Assembly (NCBI GenBank): GCA_040954595.2 | Contig: CM082589.2 | Span: forward strand, 5,639,186-5,703,185 | DNA from: Balanoglossus misakiensis | Lineage: Eukaryota > Animalia > Hemichordata | Direction of reading: 5' to 3' | Length of the DNA stretch: 64,000 nt | Part shown: positions 51,187-63,767 of the stretch, one piece after another | Position numbering within the stretch: position 1 is the first letter of the stretch | How the letters are laid out: each line of letters opens with the position of its first letter | Notes under the pieces: model-generated | Databases searched by the model: none | Told to the model about the DNA's origin: nothing | The model's input: the letters and a program-made list of their open reading frames with translations, nothing else | Translations under genes and position numbers: made by a program

Positions 51187-54100
51187 TCAATCCACAACAG
51201 GCACTCCGTGTGAAATCACCACAGCCTTATTTTGAACAACCGGCACGACCAAAGTGTTATCCGTATCGCCACCCTTTGTTGTAGACAGTCTTGATGTCAT
51301 CGTTGACCATTGCGCGCTAGATCCGCTTGCAAATGTGCTCGGCATATTCCCAATACTAGCCGGCGCTGGGTCGACTACCGTAGCGTGACGAAGTTCCAAC
51401 ATCTAGATAAAAACATCGGAAAGAAACGTCTAAGTAGTTCGTTCGTGAAAATTATGCATTAACCAAGTACACTGTTATTTCTGTGACTGAGAAGATACAA
51501 CAGGTGGCCGATATACCTAGCTACATTTTTGTTAAACTCTGCTCCTATTCTAGGTAAAACCGAATCTGTCTATAGTGGTCAGTCGAGGGACTTTCCTAAA
51601 CTGGCCTTTATAGACAGGTAGCGTTTATAGACATGTCACATGTTATGTGCACAAGGACCGCAGCAAATTGGTCAATATAGAGAGCGGGCTACAATATGTA
51701 GAGGGCGCCTGACAAACACAGGTTCGACTATACATGTATATTCAAGGCATGAATTGAACGACTTGGCTTGTTGCTATAAACCAAGTCTCGCGAGATCTCG
51801 CCGGACCTGTCTCTTGGAAATTCCTTTCCCCCAAAAGTCAATTGCTTATCGGTTACCTTGGGTACGAAAACCAGGCAAAGAGTAGCGGTGGTACAGAATA
51901 TAATGCAGAGGGCGCTAATCATGAACTTGGCTTCCACTTGTTCGGGCTGCATCACCATTACCGTTGGAACTCCCATCATGCTCATCACCAGCACATTGTA
52001 CACAGCGAAGCCTATGTAACGCGAGTCGTTCAGCACGGTGTATTTCACCTGAAACAGATACACCGGATGAATCTAGATTGCATAGGCGATAAAAGCGATA
52101 TCTCAATGCGATATCGCATGTGGAAACGAATCAATAAATGAAAAGAACGGATGTGTTTCGAACATAAGAAGATGCAAATGACGAAGAGGACACATTCATT
52201 CATTCATTCATTCATTCATTCATTCATTCATTCATTCATTCATTCATTCATTCATTCATTCATTCATTCATTCATTCATTCATTCATTAGCGTGACAAGG
52301 AAGGAGCCGTTATTTACCTTACGGGTTTCATAGGCAAGGAACACACCGAAGAGAATGATCACGCCTTTGTAGCCACACATCAATCCCAGCCAAACATTAA
52401 TGTACTTCGAAACACATACTTCAGCCATCGGCAGATAGACAGAGTCTTCCCCGTTCTTGGCGGCCTGAAATATTTCGTAGACGTATTCAAATTAATTATG
52501 AATCATGTGGTAATTGTGTGGCATTTTAAAGTTTTTTGAACATTTCTTCTGGGTCTACAGGAAGTCTACACGTGGATTGGTATGTCTTATAACGAGTATC
52601 AAATTTACAGCGATGGGGAATTTGGAAATGTCGAACGCTCCATCCAGCCTGTTATATAATGTGATCGAATTAGAGCGCTGTGAGGTACCCATAATCCCCC
52701 AGTAGGTTATCTTACATCTTCTAATCCTTTAATAGACGTAAAATGTTACATGATATTTCGACCACGTTTCACACACCTGTTTTGGCAACTCGACCGTCAC
52801 AGCTGTTGGCGGGTCGATTATATACCAGGTCAGAAGTATGATGACGTCAGCGATCATGAAATACACGACATGCAGCAGCAGACGCCAGTCACGAATTTTC
52901 TGCGACAGGAAGCAAAAGGGGGGTTTGAAGTTAGTACGCCGCTCAGAAATTTCAATTCTTTACTATATTAATGTGCGTGACGAGTAAACTGATTTAGAAT
53001 GAACTGGTGCATTTTGCTGAACTAATTACTTCCTTTTAACCAGAGGTTTCTGCAGCTATCATAACAGTGTTAAATGAATATGCACCGTGACAGAGAAATC
53101 TGTCTTTTCTTTTGGGATGAATGCTCAACGGATAAGATTTTGCAGATGCTTCAAAGCTTTCTAGGAATAATGTCTCCCGATGAAAAGAGACATGACGATA
53201 ATAGGCACATTCTGCGAATTGAAGACGTCATTTCTTTTGAACGCATCTTTGTGATGTTTGATTCGAACACGAGCCACTTTTCATGAGGTACCCCGCGGGT
53301 ACGGGACAGATACACATTTGTAACCATCAAGGATGTTTCTTTGGCGCGGTGTTATTGTGACCGATCATACTTCCCACACAGAAATGATTACCTTTCGGCA
53401 GTCTTATTCAGTTAATTTTTCAATCGTTTCTTGTTCGGGTCACGCCGCAGTATACCCGGCAGGTTGCTCGTCAACGCAGCCTACATGTATTCAGTTGTTG
53501 TTATTGTTGAACACTGAATTCAAGTCTAGACAAGAATTCATTTGTCAACGATAGCAACTGCCATTCACAATCTGGGCATTTTTACAGCATATTTTGTTGG
53601 AAAGACACAGGACATAGATAATCAGAGAGGGCTGAGATTTACACAATGATAAATCTTGAAAATCTGTTCTTTTAATCTTTTTTTTAAAATAATGTATAAG
53701 AACGCAAATGTTGTAATTGCTGTGACCTACCACTGTTATCAATGTCTTGTTTGTGAATATCTTGTGGATTCTCCAAGTCTTACTGAACATAGCCCCGAAG
53801 CTAATGGTGAAACCAATAGACAGCAGCCAAGCTTGAGGCTGTAGGCGAAGAAATTTCGTTAACATTCAGCACATAAAAATCGGCATTCAACACACAAACT
53901 GCTACAAACACAAGTCTGATATTTGGATTCACAATATTCCAAATGGTACATTGACGATTAAATGTTTCGTCCTTATGCCGATGCAGGAAATGATAGAATA
54001 TGCTCACGTACCATGCATATCATGTCCTTCTGCATATCATCTGACACACTGTTGTCATCGAAACCAAAGGATATGGCTGACACGTAGAGAATTACGCAAC

Positions 54101-57100
54101 CGCAAATAATGATGTTGTTAATGTTGGGACTGGACATCTTGATGTATCTGTAAATGTATTTGGTATAATGTAAATACTGTATTTTATGATATGTAAGTGT
54201 GTAGGTGTACATACATACATACATACATACATACATACATACATACATACATACATACATACATACATACATACATACATACATACATACATACATACAT
54301 ACAGACATACAGACATACATACATACATACATACATACATACATACATACATACATACATACAATATTGAATACACTTACTTCAGTTCTCGATAATGGAT
54401 GTTAAAGGCCAGTAACACGAGGGCAAAAATTATGCCACACAGTGAGAGGACGAGAACCACATAAAACAGTGCGGGCTTTATATGCAAAGGTCGTTGAATT
54501 TCTTGTTGTCTGTCGTGTGGTATGGAGCCTGCAAACAGAAAAGGTTCGACATAAAAACTGAAAATGAGCTCTCGTTTCATGCAAAGTGTTACCGATAGGC
54601 CCGCTCCAATAGCTGCATTTCATTCGTGATACAACCATTGAATAGGAAAACTACACAACACTGGACTTGTAAGTCCAGCCAGGCCAACGACTAGCCATCA
54701 CACTTGTCACAGGTAAATTTCCCCCAAACATCAGCATATTTCATATATAGAACTTAGAACTTACCACCCCAGTCTGGTGGAGTAAACCAAATTAATTCAT
54801 TGGTATCTTGATAAAACAGTCCCTTTTCTTCGAACGTATCATCTGCAAAAATAATTAATAATTTGATCGGACAAGTGTAAATCTGAAAGAACATGCTGAT
54901 ATATATCTTTCTACCTCTCCCCTCTCCTCCCTGTTGATAAGAAGTCCGGTTGATAAAAAAGAGATATTGTATACATTGTTGCAAGTTTCTCAAAGACACC
55001 CGTTGACATGAGTGGGAAACGCGGACACAGTCCATATTTCCTTTTGACGGTGTTGACGAAAATAAAATAAATGGTCAGTGCATTTCTTCTGTGCAGCTTA
55101 AAGCGTTTTCATGTTAAGTATAACTCACTCTTTATTTGCCTTATAGTAATGATGCCTTCTCTGTCCCCGGTTTCATCGAATAACACTGGGCCCTGTGTAA
55201 TGTAATAAGCATATTTTGGTTAGATTATAATCCTAGCAGTAAAGTAATCCTAGTATTACAAATAATCCTCGCATTACAAAGCAACCACTACACAGTCAGC
55301 AAATATAAGAAATGTAAAACTGTCTTTGCAAATTTCAGCGATCATCAAAAACTCCCGTAGTATCCAACAAGAATGACTTACCCCCATCCCCTCAAACTTC
55401 GTCTTGCTCATCTCGTCGAAAAACACATCTCGCATACGTTTGTCGTTGTACGTGAAATCTTCCAACCTCTTGCCGTCAGGTAGCTTTCCGATGGACGAGT
55501 TCAGTGCGAGTGCGATTGTCCAAATACCGTCATATCCCATAGTATGGTAAAGTCCCAACATGAAGCCAAGATCGAGGGATGTTGTCAGCGCTTCGTATCG
55601 TTCTTCAAAATCACTCCTGGCCTGTAAGCATGCAGAAATTTTCATAGGTGACTGTATACCTATAAATGGACGAAGTCGCCCACCCCTTCATTATTTGGTT
55701 TAGTTTGTTTTTAATGATATACTTGGGTACTTTTGTTGAAAATGACTGCTCAACTCGCATCCCATATAACGGCATAACATCTGAGCACTACAACGAAACA
55801 GTTTCTGTACTGACCCAAAACGAAATGATCGAAGTACATGTATATAAATTTATACACTCGTGTGTTATATAATTATATACACACAATGATGACACCTAGA
55901 ACTAAATATCTGTGAGATTTAACCCTTTCACCCCCAGTTCCCTCTATAAAGGTCCAAATTTACCACAGAAATCAATGGGTTTGGACTGAAGCATGGTGGT
56001 GAAAGGGTTAAAGGTATACGGTCACCTATGGAAATTTAGCTACAGTTACCAAGGTAAACTAGCCAATCACGGATTTTCAGTGGGTGGCACAAGCGAAAAA
56101 AAGAGCGCCATCATATGTTCTTTAGAACCCTCAAATACGCCATTTCAGCCATATATGGGTGTATGTAAATTGGAGGTGACTGTATACCTTTAATACGACA
56201 TTCATATCCTGAAATGTTTCACTCACAACTCCCGAAAGTGTCATCTTCCCGTCCGGTCTGAAAAGTGTATCGCCCACTGTAAGATGACCTTCCATGGCGG
56301 CCGAGACTTCCTCCACGGTGCAGGACACCAACGGGTCTTCGTCTAACCAGAAGCGGTATGAAGAATGCCCATGGGTCATCCACACGTACCTTGGACCGAT
56401 CATACCCTGTTTGTACGCCTGTAGGAGTCAGGCAAAAACATCACGGTATTTGTCAACAAAATGAATCTGACGATTAGATGTCATCTCAAAAAAATAATGG
56501 AGGGTTCGGGGGCAACAGAACATCATTTTGTCAATGAGCAGTCTGTCTTGACCTCCACAAAGTCCCGGAAGTCTGGAAGCACAGGGATGATTGTCTGGGC
56601 TTATAAGCAGCGGCCTCGACAGCTTGGTGGTGATTGGTCAGTTCCTTCGCTCGTCGAAGCAGGTGCACGAATGCCGTAACCGTTGTTCCGGTTGCAAAGA
56701 AAACATTCCACTCAGATGGGACGTGTATGGGTGTCTGATGACGTCACCCTTACCGTTTGAATATTGTTTACAAACATCTCGAAAGCAACACTGCGCGAAA
56801 ATCATTCGAGTTGCATTATAATGTACACAATTAAATATGTTAATATATACACAAACCTCGCACATCAACAATCTCGTGTCGATGTATGTTAACGTCAGTG
56901 CAATCACTATTCTCACTCCAGCATCCTGCGAAATAAAATATAAAAAAAATAGATTGTTTACTTGTGACAGTTATTTACTTGAACAAAATACAGATCATTT
57001 TAAAATCTATGCATTTATGAAGCTCCACATGGCGCTAAAGTTACAATTCTTAAGATGGTATTTTACTGCATATAAAGTCACAGGAATTATCTTGAAAGTT

Positions 57101-60100
57101 GGAAGCACGAATAATTTTCATAATTATTTGCAGTTACTTTACAAATACAGATCGCATTGGTGCAGGCATTAATGATATAAAATGACCTCGTATATACGTA
57201 TATTACCTGGAAAAGTCTTACCTTCAGTTTTTTAACCTGATAAGATGGAGGCACTTGTGATATGAACTGGTCTGAAGAAACTAGGGTTATGTTTGCCTCT
57301 AATAACGCTTGAGTTAACGCCCTCATCGTCTGTAATAAAGAGACACATATATAAATAGGGACTTCCGGGACAGATTTTCAGAAAAAAATATTGTCTTCAG
57401 AACCTACCAATTCTTTCCTATAATCAGGATCCCTTGCCCTCTTAAAGCATATATTTTCTGAATGCCCAGATATTTACTAGATTATTTCAATTATGATTGT
57501 TCTTACTGTTAGTATAGTCTGGTCGTTTGTGTAAATAATCCCGATGCGTTCCCATCCAAAATGTTTGAGTATTGCCAGGCGGACGTCAGAAAACATGAGG
57601 AATGACATTCTCATCCTAAAAGACAACGGAAAGCGTTCTCTATCGCTAAGAACGGGAGTCATCGTTGCTGGTACAACCTGTAAATAAAAATAAAAGATGA
57701 AAATTGCTTTAAGTGGTTGAGCTGTTGGGTGTCGTAAATTGTAGATATGGACGCAGTTACTGTATATTATTGCACGGTTAGTTTCATGCAAAATGTTTAA
57801 GTTTTATACCTTTTTTACCATACGGCGCAAGTTAAAGAAACTTGCAAATTAAAGCGCGAAATCATGAAATCATAGACAGTCTACTGTACACGATGAAATA
57901 TGTATCCAGTCACTTAGCCGCTCTCGAGGGCGCCATATATGACATTATGTCGTCACAGAGGGCCAAATGTTATACACGCGCCCTCTAGAGACGCTACCCA
58001 GTCAATTACCTGCAGCATGTTCCACCATTTACTTGTCTCGGCGAGGGCAATCGACTCCTCCCCCTGCGCTCCACCTATCAACATAATTTTGGTAGGTGGC
58101 GTCAGGGCCATTTCTATCAGGGTGTGGATGGCTATACCTGCGTCCCCCTGAAGAAAACAAAACGAATGCATTAAGCCCTTGTTACATCCTATATCATTGC
58201 CTCTCGCACCGTGCAACAATTTAAATGAAAATGCGAAATGGTCTCAAATTTGAATTCAAAATGGCCGCCATCTCTGTGTTAACTCTTCGGAGTAACTCTC
58301 CGACAGTAGGATTTTCGCCTTAAAAACAACCAACCAACCAACGGATGGTTGCTCATCTTAAAAACAATGGTTTGTAGCCTTCGACTTTTCCATATGTTTT
58401 GCTCAAGGGCAACTTTAGAGTTAGATTTCTTGAAACCGAGAATAAAACAACTTAAGGGTCGCCATGCAAGATTTTGAATAATGAGAGAACAATTTGTCTC
58501 TAATTTGATATTCAATATGACCTCCATTCTCTATGTTAAGCATCTAATGATAAACTTGAGTAGCGACTCTTGCGAAAACAAGAAGGTGAACACCCCTTTT
58601 CTTCTCTGTTTGTCGAAAGACTCACCGCACACTTGAATATAGCAAAGAACATCTGTCACAGAAGTGGTACTAACATAACAGGAAATGAAGCAGCCTTGAA
58701 CAGAGGGTTGGGGGGGAAAAAACTACACACATATAATGTTTCGAAAATCCATTTCCTTAAAACAATGTTACTGTGCGGCAAGGCAAGCGCTGTGCCACCT
58801 GAACCTAAATAGCGGTGCTTCATTTCCTGTGGGCAATTAATGAGATACATAACCGAGATGCTCATTTGAGAACACCCCATACCCACTAATGACCTACACA
58901 TTAGCATTCATTTCCTGCGGTGGTGTCTGAAGTCACAAGAGATGGGATTGAGTTCCTGTCACCGTCATTATTAATGCACCTCCTTCCTAGGAACACTCAT
59001 TAATATCCCATCCACAGCTATTACAGATAATGGATGTGGTCACTGGCGCGAAATTGCCATTTGCTTTTTCTTTCAATCGGAAGTGGCACTCATCAACTTT
59101 CAATTAGTCGAAAAATGATTTTAATACACTGTAACAGTGTATGCACACTATCAGATTAAAGCCCCACCAGCTGTATCGTGTATGGTTGCCGTATCCTTTT
59201 GTTTTGTGTATCTACTACAGTTTCTTATGAAAGCCTGTTAACGCCATTTTGTAAAGCAAGATAGTATAGTATCTCGTTATAACGATATAGTATCTCGTGA
59301 TATAGTATCTCGTAATAACGAGATAATTTTTTATTTCTTGCTTTACAAAATGGCGTTAACGGGCTTTCATAGTGTCTTGTTCAAATCCCTAAAGCAGAAT
59401 AAAATGACCGGTAGTTGGCTTTTCGACACAGCCTTTATGTGTACAGTCAGCGATGTTATTGTGGAAAATTTGAATTCAAATCCGGCCTAGAATTCATCTG
59501 TCAACAACAACAACAACAACAACGACGACGACGGTCATTACACACACATGCAGGCTATGTTGAAAAGCAGAGTACAGGGTATATTAGCATGTGAATGGAG
59601 TGTATCAAGAAATTGCATTTGGTACACACACGCACACACGCACAATTCTGTATGACTGAATGTACAGCCAAAGTTACAGCCGTACCGTTCCCTTGAAGAG
59701 AAAGCAGGCTTGCATATTTACACACCTTGGTGTCGTTCGTTATAATTTCCAGGTGATAATCTGCCAAAATATCATCTCGATTGTTGATGTCTTCTAACGC
59801 CATCAAAACGCCTGGATAAACGCTGCCCGCCCATAGTAGGTCTTCTCCAGACAGTATGAACAGACCACCTAAGTGAAGGGTCGTTTTACCTAGAAGAAGA
59901 ACACGAGGATGGTGGGAATAATTTATTCCTAAAACAGAACCATGTATAATGTGCGAAAAAAATAAATTGTGGCGTAAAACTCAGTCATGAATAGAACTGA
60001 AAAGACAGACTGACTATCGATTTCCAAAGTACATAAAGATAGTGGGCGGTAGCCACATGTACACCACCAGTAGGATTAGTTGTGACATCTGGCAGTTTGT

Positions 60101-63100
60101 CCAGCGATGACCATGAGTAGATTGCTGATTGGATGATAGACTAAACAACAGATGTGTTCAGAACCCAAGTGGTATAGAACTCTTAAAACAGACATGTTCG
60201 ATTCTATTTGTAGCACCATTGATGATGATTGAGCAGAACAAAACAGAAAATTCTGGAGTAGAATGGCGTTTTTTTAAAGATGAAGATGCATCTGTTCAAA
60301 TCACACGATGGTTGCCGTGAGATGTAAGGTGCCCAGGGTATAGACTAAACGCTTCTCCAGACAAACAAAGCTTCTTTGTCACCAATTATCAGCAATAGAG
60401 CATATGAAGCTTGTTTGAAGTGTGTCAGTCTGGAGACCTGTGGCCTAATGAAGTATTGTTCATGATAAAATATCTGCATTTTCTCTAACATCCACACACC
60501 AAATCAATTACTAGTATGTGGTGGCCTGGCAGATTTCAGCCACATTTTATAATAAATAAGATTTCAGATGTCAAATTTGTTGGGTCAGACTGAAATTTTG
60601 CGGCAAAAAATAGCAAAAAGTAGACAAGTTGAATAAGTTATGTATGCTTAGACCAGTGCAATTATCAGTGGCACCGCAATCCAATGTTTATGTTTGGATG
60701 TTACATTTGACAGGAATAGACGTTGTTCCATTAATTTCATTTGCCGTAATTGGAAAAAGAAATTGGCGAGCGGTACAAATGTTTTTTGAATGTCATTTTA
60801 GAAGAGAATTTAATCCGCACAAAGAAAAAAAATTTCAAATGTCGCAATGATTACCATGCCGAGTCTTAGCTTATTGAAGCCCCCCAGAAATAAGAAATTG
60901 CATAAAGTTGCGATCGGTTATCCAATCAGTCATTAATCTCGAAACCTATTCCGAAAAACGAAATCTGATAGCGACTGACTTGAGCATTTTGTTCTATGCC
61001 AATATGGCGTTCAAAGCAATCAATTCACTGATCTGGCGAGTGACTTGAGTATCGATTTGGTATCGACCACACGATATGTCAAGATCTTTACTGCTTAGAG
61101 ATTATTAGTAATTTCTCTTCTCTTCTCTTTATCGTTCAATTTATTATTTATCTATTAAAATGTGTGTATTTGGGCAATTCCGAATCCACCATTTACATCA
61201 TTAGAAACAGTCACTTTCTACAACACTTTTACATGAGACATGTTAAATCCGGATTTTCAAGCAGCATTCAGACTTTGATAGTTTATTACTTTCAAATTCA
61301 ATATTGGCCCGGGTCTCCACCTGTGTGATGTACACCAGGACGGATCATACACCCACTTCCAATAACTGTCCTGTCACGTCTGGTCCTGCCAACCCGCCTC
61401 AGAAAACACAATAAAATCCACGTGTAATAATAATACGAAATACAAAGTATTATGGTCAACCTTTCGTTGTTTATCCGAGAGTATTTGTGTATACAGGAAC
61501 ATCGCTTCGGTTCGCGATCAATGACAACTTACACCGATCGACAGAAATCGTATGAACCAGGTCACCATTTCGATTGGAAGTACAAATTCAAACACCGACC
61601 TTTCTGTTGAACGATCTGCAGTTTCAATACCCATCAAGACTGACGATGTGTGTATTCTAGGCCAACAGGGATCAAATTCTTGTCCATATACGCAAAAACT
61701 GACTAGGGGTCGCCTGCAAATAGGTATTTTCTTACAAAATACGTAAGAAACATATGCCTGAGATTTATGATGATAAGAATAATTCACTTGGATGAATGCA
61801 ACAACTATATATTTTCTAATGAAAGTACTGATGTTGAAACGGGATACGCTACACGTTTGCCCCTTTTGAATGGCAATATTAAAGAATACAAATAAAAATG
61901 ATGGTTATGCGGCAATTTCTGTATATATTCAAATGAAACCGGAGATTTGCAAATATAATTGGAACTATCTGAATATGATAGCAGAAAAAAACTAGCAATT
62001 ATATCTGCCCGGTATCGTATCTGGTGAATTCAAGAAAGAAAAAGTTTGTCAATCTGTATACGTCTATTATTACACACACAAAGAACGCTGTTACTGAGTG
62101 CGTTTGGCGCGGTTCATTGCTGATGCATTTTATGCAACTGTGCATGGGATTGTATGAAATGAAATTGGTTCTCGCTGCAAAAGTTATACTGGCTCACAAT
62201 TAAGACACACGGAAACGCCCCTCCCTTTCAGAATTTACAAAATAAGGTGACCTCAAACCCTCAGCCAGATCCGAAAATTAACATTTGCTGTAACTTTTGG
62301 CTTTATTTCCAGAATTGTTGTGATGTATATCAAATGCAATTTCTTGTTCTGATCCAAACATCGTGCTAAGATATCGAGTGCATGTCAACATAGCCTGTAC
62401 GTGTGTAACGACCATTATTATTGTTGACAAACGAATTCTAGTCCGGGCTTGAATATAAATTTTGCACAATAACAAAGCTGAAAATACACACATAGGTTGT
62501 GTTGATAAGCTAAATACTGTGCATTTCATCAGTAATCAGAGAGTTGAACATGAAACTACAGTATATACACAAAACAAAAATACTGAAAACATAGTGAAAA
62601 GTTACAGCTAATAGAGCTTTAAAGGTTGAAGATTTTTACTAATGCGTTCTCCTGAGAAACGTATTTTCCATGGTTCAGTATTAGGAAACCATGGTGATAT
62701 TACTACCACGATTTATCCATTAAAATTGTTGTTATTCTGACACGTTGACAGGTGTTCCTCAATAAACATGTCAATTTTTTCGCATCATTACGTCAGTGTG
62801 ATAAGTTTTCATTTTTTCTGCTCACGTTAATTGTTTTGAAGATCTGTGTGGAACGTTTCGCAGCTCGGCGGCAACACGATTTGCAACACCACGCGATCAC
62901 ATAAGATTAGCGTCAAAAACACAATGTCTCAATATGACAACTGCAGATATCAAACTTATCGATGGCACCGAATGTTAGTTTTGATGAACTTTGAAATTAT
63001 CAAAAATGGAAAGACCAAACATGCATGCGTCACCTTCAGACTGTTCAACACGTCACTATGAAAAACCCAACAATCAGTCAATCGAACAAAACGTAGCCGT

Positions 63101-63427
63101 ATACATTTCTCGCAACTTCTCCGGAAATCAAGTGGATATACCCACAAATGTTTCCCTGTGTAATCGTTCACATAATTGTATATCTACAAGTTCTTTTCAG
63201 CAGCATCAACTCCGCTACTACATGTACTTCTAAACCCCACGCCGACCGTTCTGAAATTTCTAACTTTCGCCTACACTTTTTGCTGCACGCACTAACACGA
63301 CGGAAACAAATACGTGGGTTGTTGAAACAGGCCCACGTTTTGTGAATTACACTAAAACGAATAATATCAACAATGATGTTTGTTCATACACGATATAGCA
63401 AAGGAAGATTAAAAAACAATATTATGG

Positions 63428-63494
<67 letters not shown>

Positions 63495-63497
63495 ATA

Positions 63498-63576
<79 letters not shown>

Positions 63577-63632
63577 AACTCACCTGAAACGAGAATTACA
63601 AGTTGCTGCAACACAAGTAAACCAAGTCTCAT
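51187..63632 (-). CDS. GABA-B receptor-like class C GPCR (Venus flytrap domain plus 7TM), about 780 aa, probably an orphan paralog
   Basis: Exons (minus strand): 63632-63584, 59889-59726, 58147-58010, 57677-57507, 57329-57222, 56925-56857, 56418-56227, 55621-55382, 55192-55129, 54842-54765, 54528-54381, 54147-54012, 53838-53731, 52899-52777, 52464-52318, 52048-51857, 51402-51187. All GT-AG and phase-consistent (2343 nt). Motifs: signal peptide, LHLGGLF, MALEDINNRDDIL..YHL, LSDRERFP.SFR, YDGIWTIALALN, RLEDFTY, IKMSSPNINN, FGAMFSKTWRIHKIF, LNDSRYIG..VYNV, LCLVFVPK. No cysteine-rich domain, which is GABA-B-type architecture. A small extra exon in the 3.7-kb first intron cannot be excluded. Confidence 0.92.
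51557..51730. mobile_element. Degenerate Tc1/pogo(Tigger)-like MITE in the last GPCR intron
   Basis: Right end CAGGTTCGACTA-TA; left end TA-AAACCGAATCTGTCTATAG; internal repeated TATAGACA(GG) motifs typical of this MITE class. Confidence 0.5.
52194..52288. repeat. (TTCA)n microsatellite
   Basis: Directly visible, intronic. Confidence 0.95.
54208..54363. repeat. (TACA)n microsatellite
   Basis: Directly visible; fills most of a GPCR intron. Confidence 0.95.
55923..56007. mobile_element. piggyBac-type mini-MITE (85 bp)
   Basis: TTAA at 55919-55922 and 56008-56011; TIR CCCTTTCACCCCCA / TGGTGGTGAAAGGG (13/14 match). CCC...GGG termini with TTAA are piggyBac hallmarks. Confidence 0.75.
56012..56189 (+). 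mobile_element. Kolobok-type MITE, family A, copy 3
   Basis: TTAA at 56008-56011 and 56190-56193; TIR AGGTATACGGTCACCT / AGGTGACTGTATACCT; highly similar to 35114-35298. A solo TIR remnant lies at about 55644-55665. Confidence 0.85.
57918..57996. repeat. Short imperfect inverted repeat (possible mini-MITE)
   Basis: AGCCGCTCTCGAGGGCGC ... GCGCCCTCTAGAGACGCT, just inside GPCR intron 3. Confidence 0.4.
59226..59371. mobile_element. Fold-back MITE with 35-bp TIRs and internal short repeats
   Basis: TATGAAAGCCTGTTAACGCCATTTTGTAAAGCAAG vs the reverse complement of 59337-59371 (34/35 identical); interior has three TATAGTATCTCGT units; flanks GTTTCT / GTGTCT may be a degenerate 6-bp TSD. Confidence 0.75.
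63428..63577. repeat. (TAAA)n microsatellite
   Basis: Directly visible, immediately inside GPCR intron 1. Confidence 0.95.
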
Positions 63633-63726
63633 GGCGAAAATAGTCTCTGGCGCACCACGCAAATCTTATGACTTATTCTGTTCTTGAGATATCAATTTTA
63701 AAGTCATTCGGCTAAACCATTCCTAA

Positions 63727-63767
63727 GGGTGTGGCAAATTCATGATCGGGAGGGGCGGGGGCGTGCC
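63727..63767 (-). promoter_or_regulatory. GC-box/KLF sites upstream of the GPCR ATG
   Basis: GGGTGTGGC (63727) and GGGGCGGGGGCGTG (63752), about 100-130 bp upstream of the start codon. Confidence 0.45.

Noticed and set aside
56736-56792. Hammerhead-like CTGATGA...CGAAA; similar cores at 6169 and 63972
   Set aside because: No G-C closed stem II and no compatible stems I/III with an NUH cleavage site.
51187-63632. Assigning GABBR1 or GABBR2
   Set aside because: Ligand pocket and C-terminal tail diverge from both; orthology needs a phylogeny.
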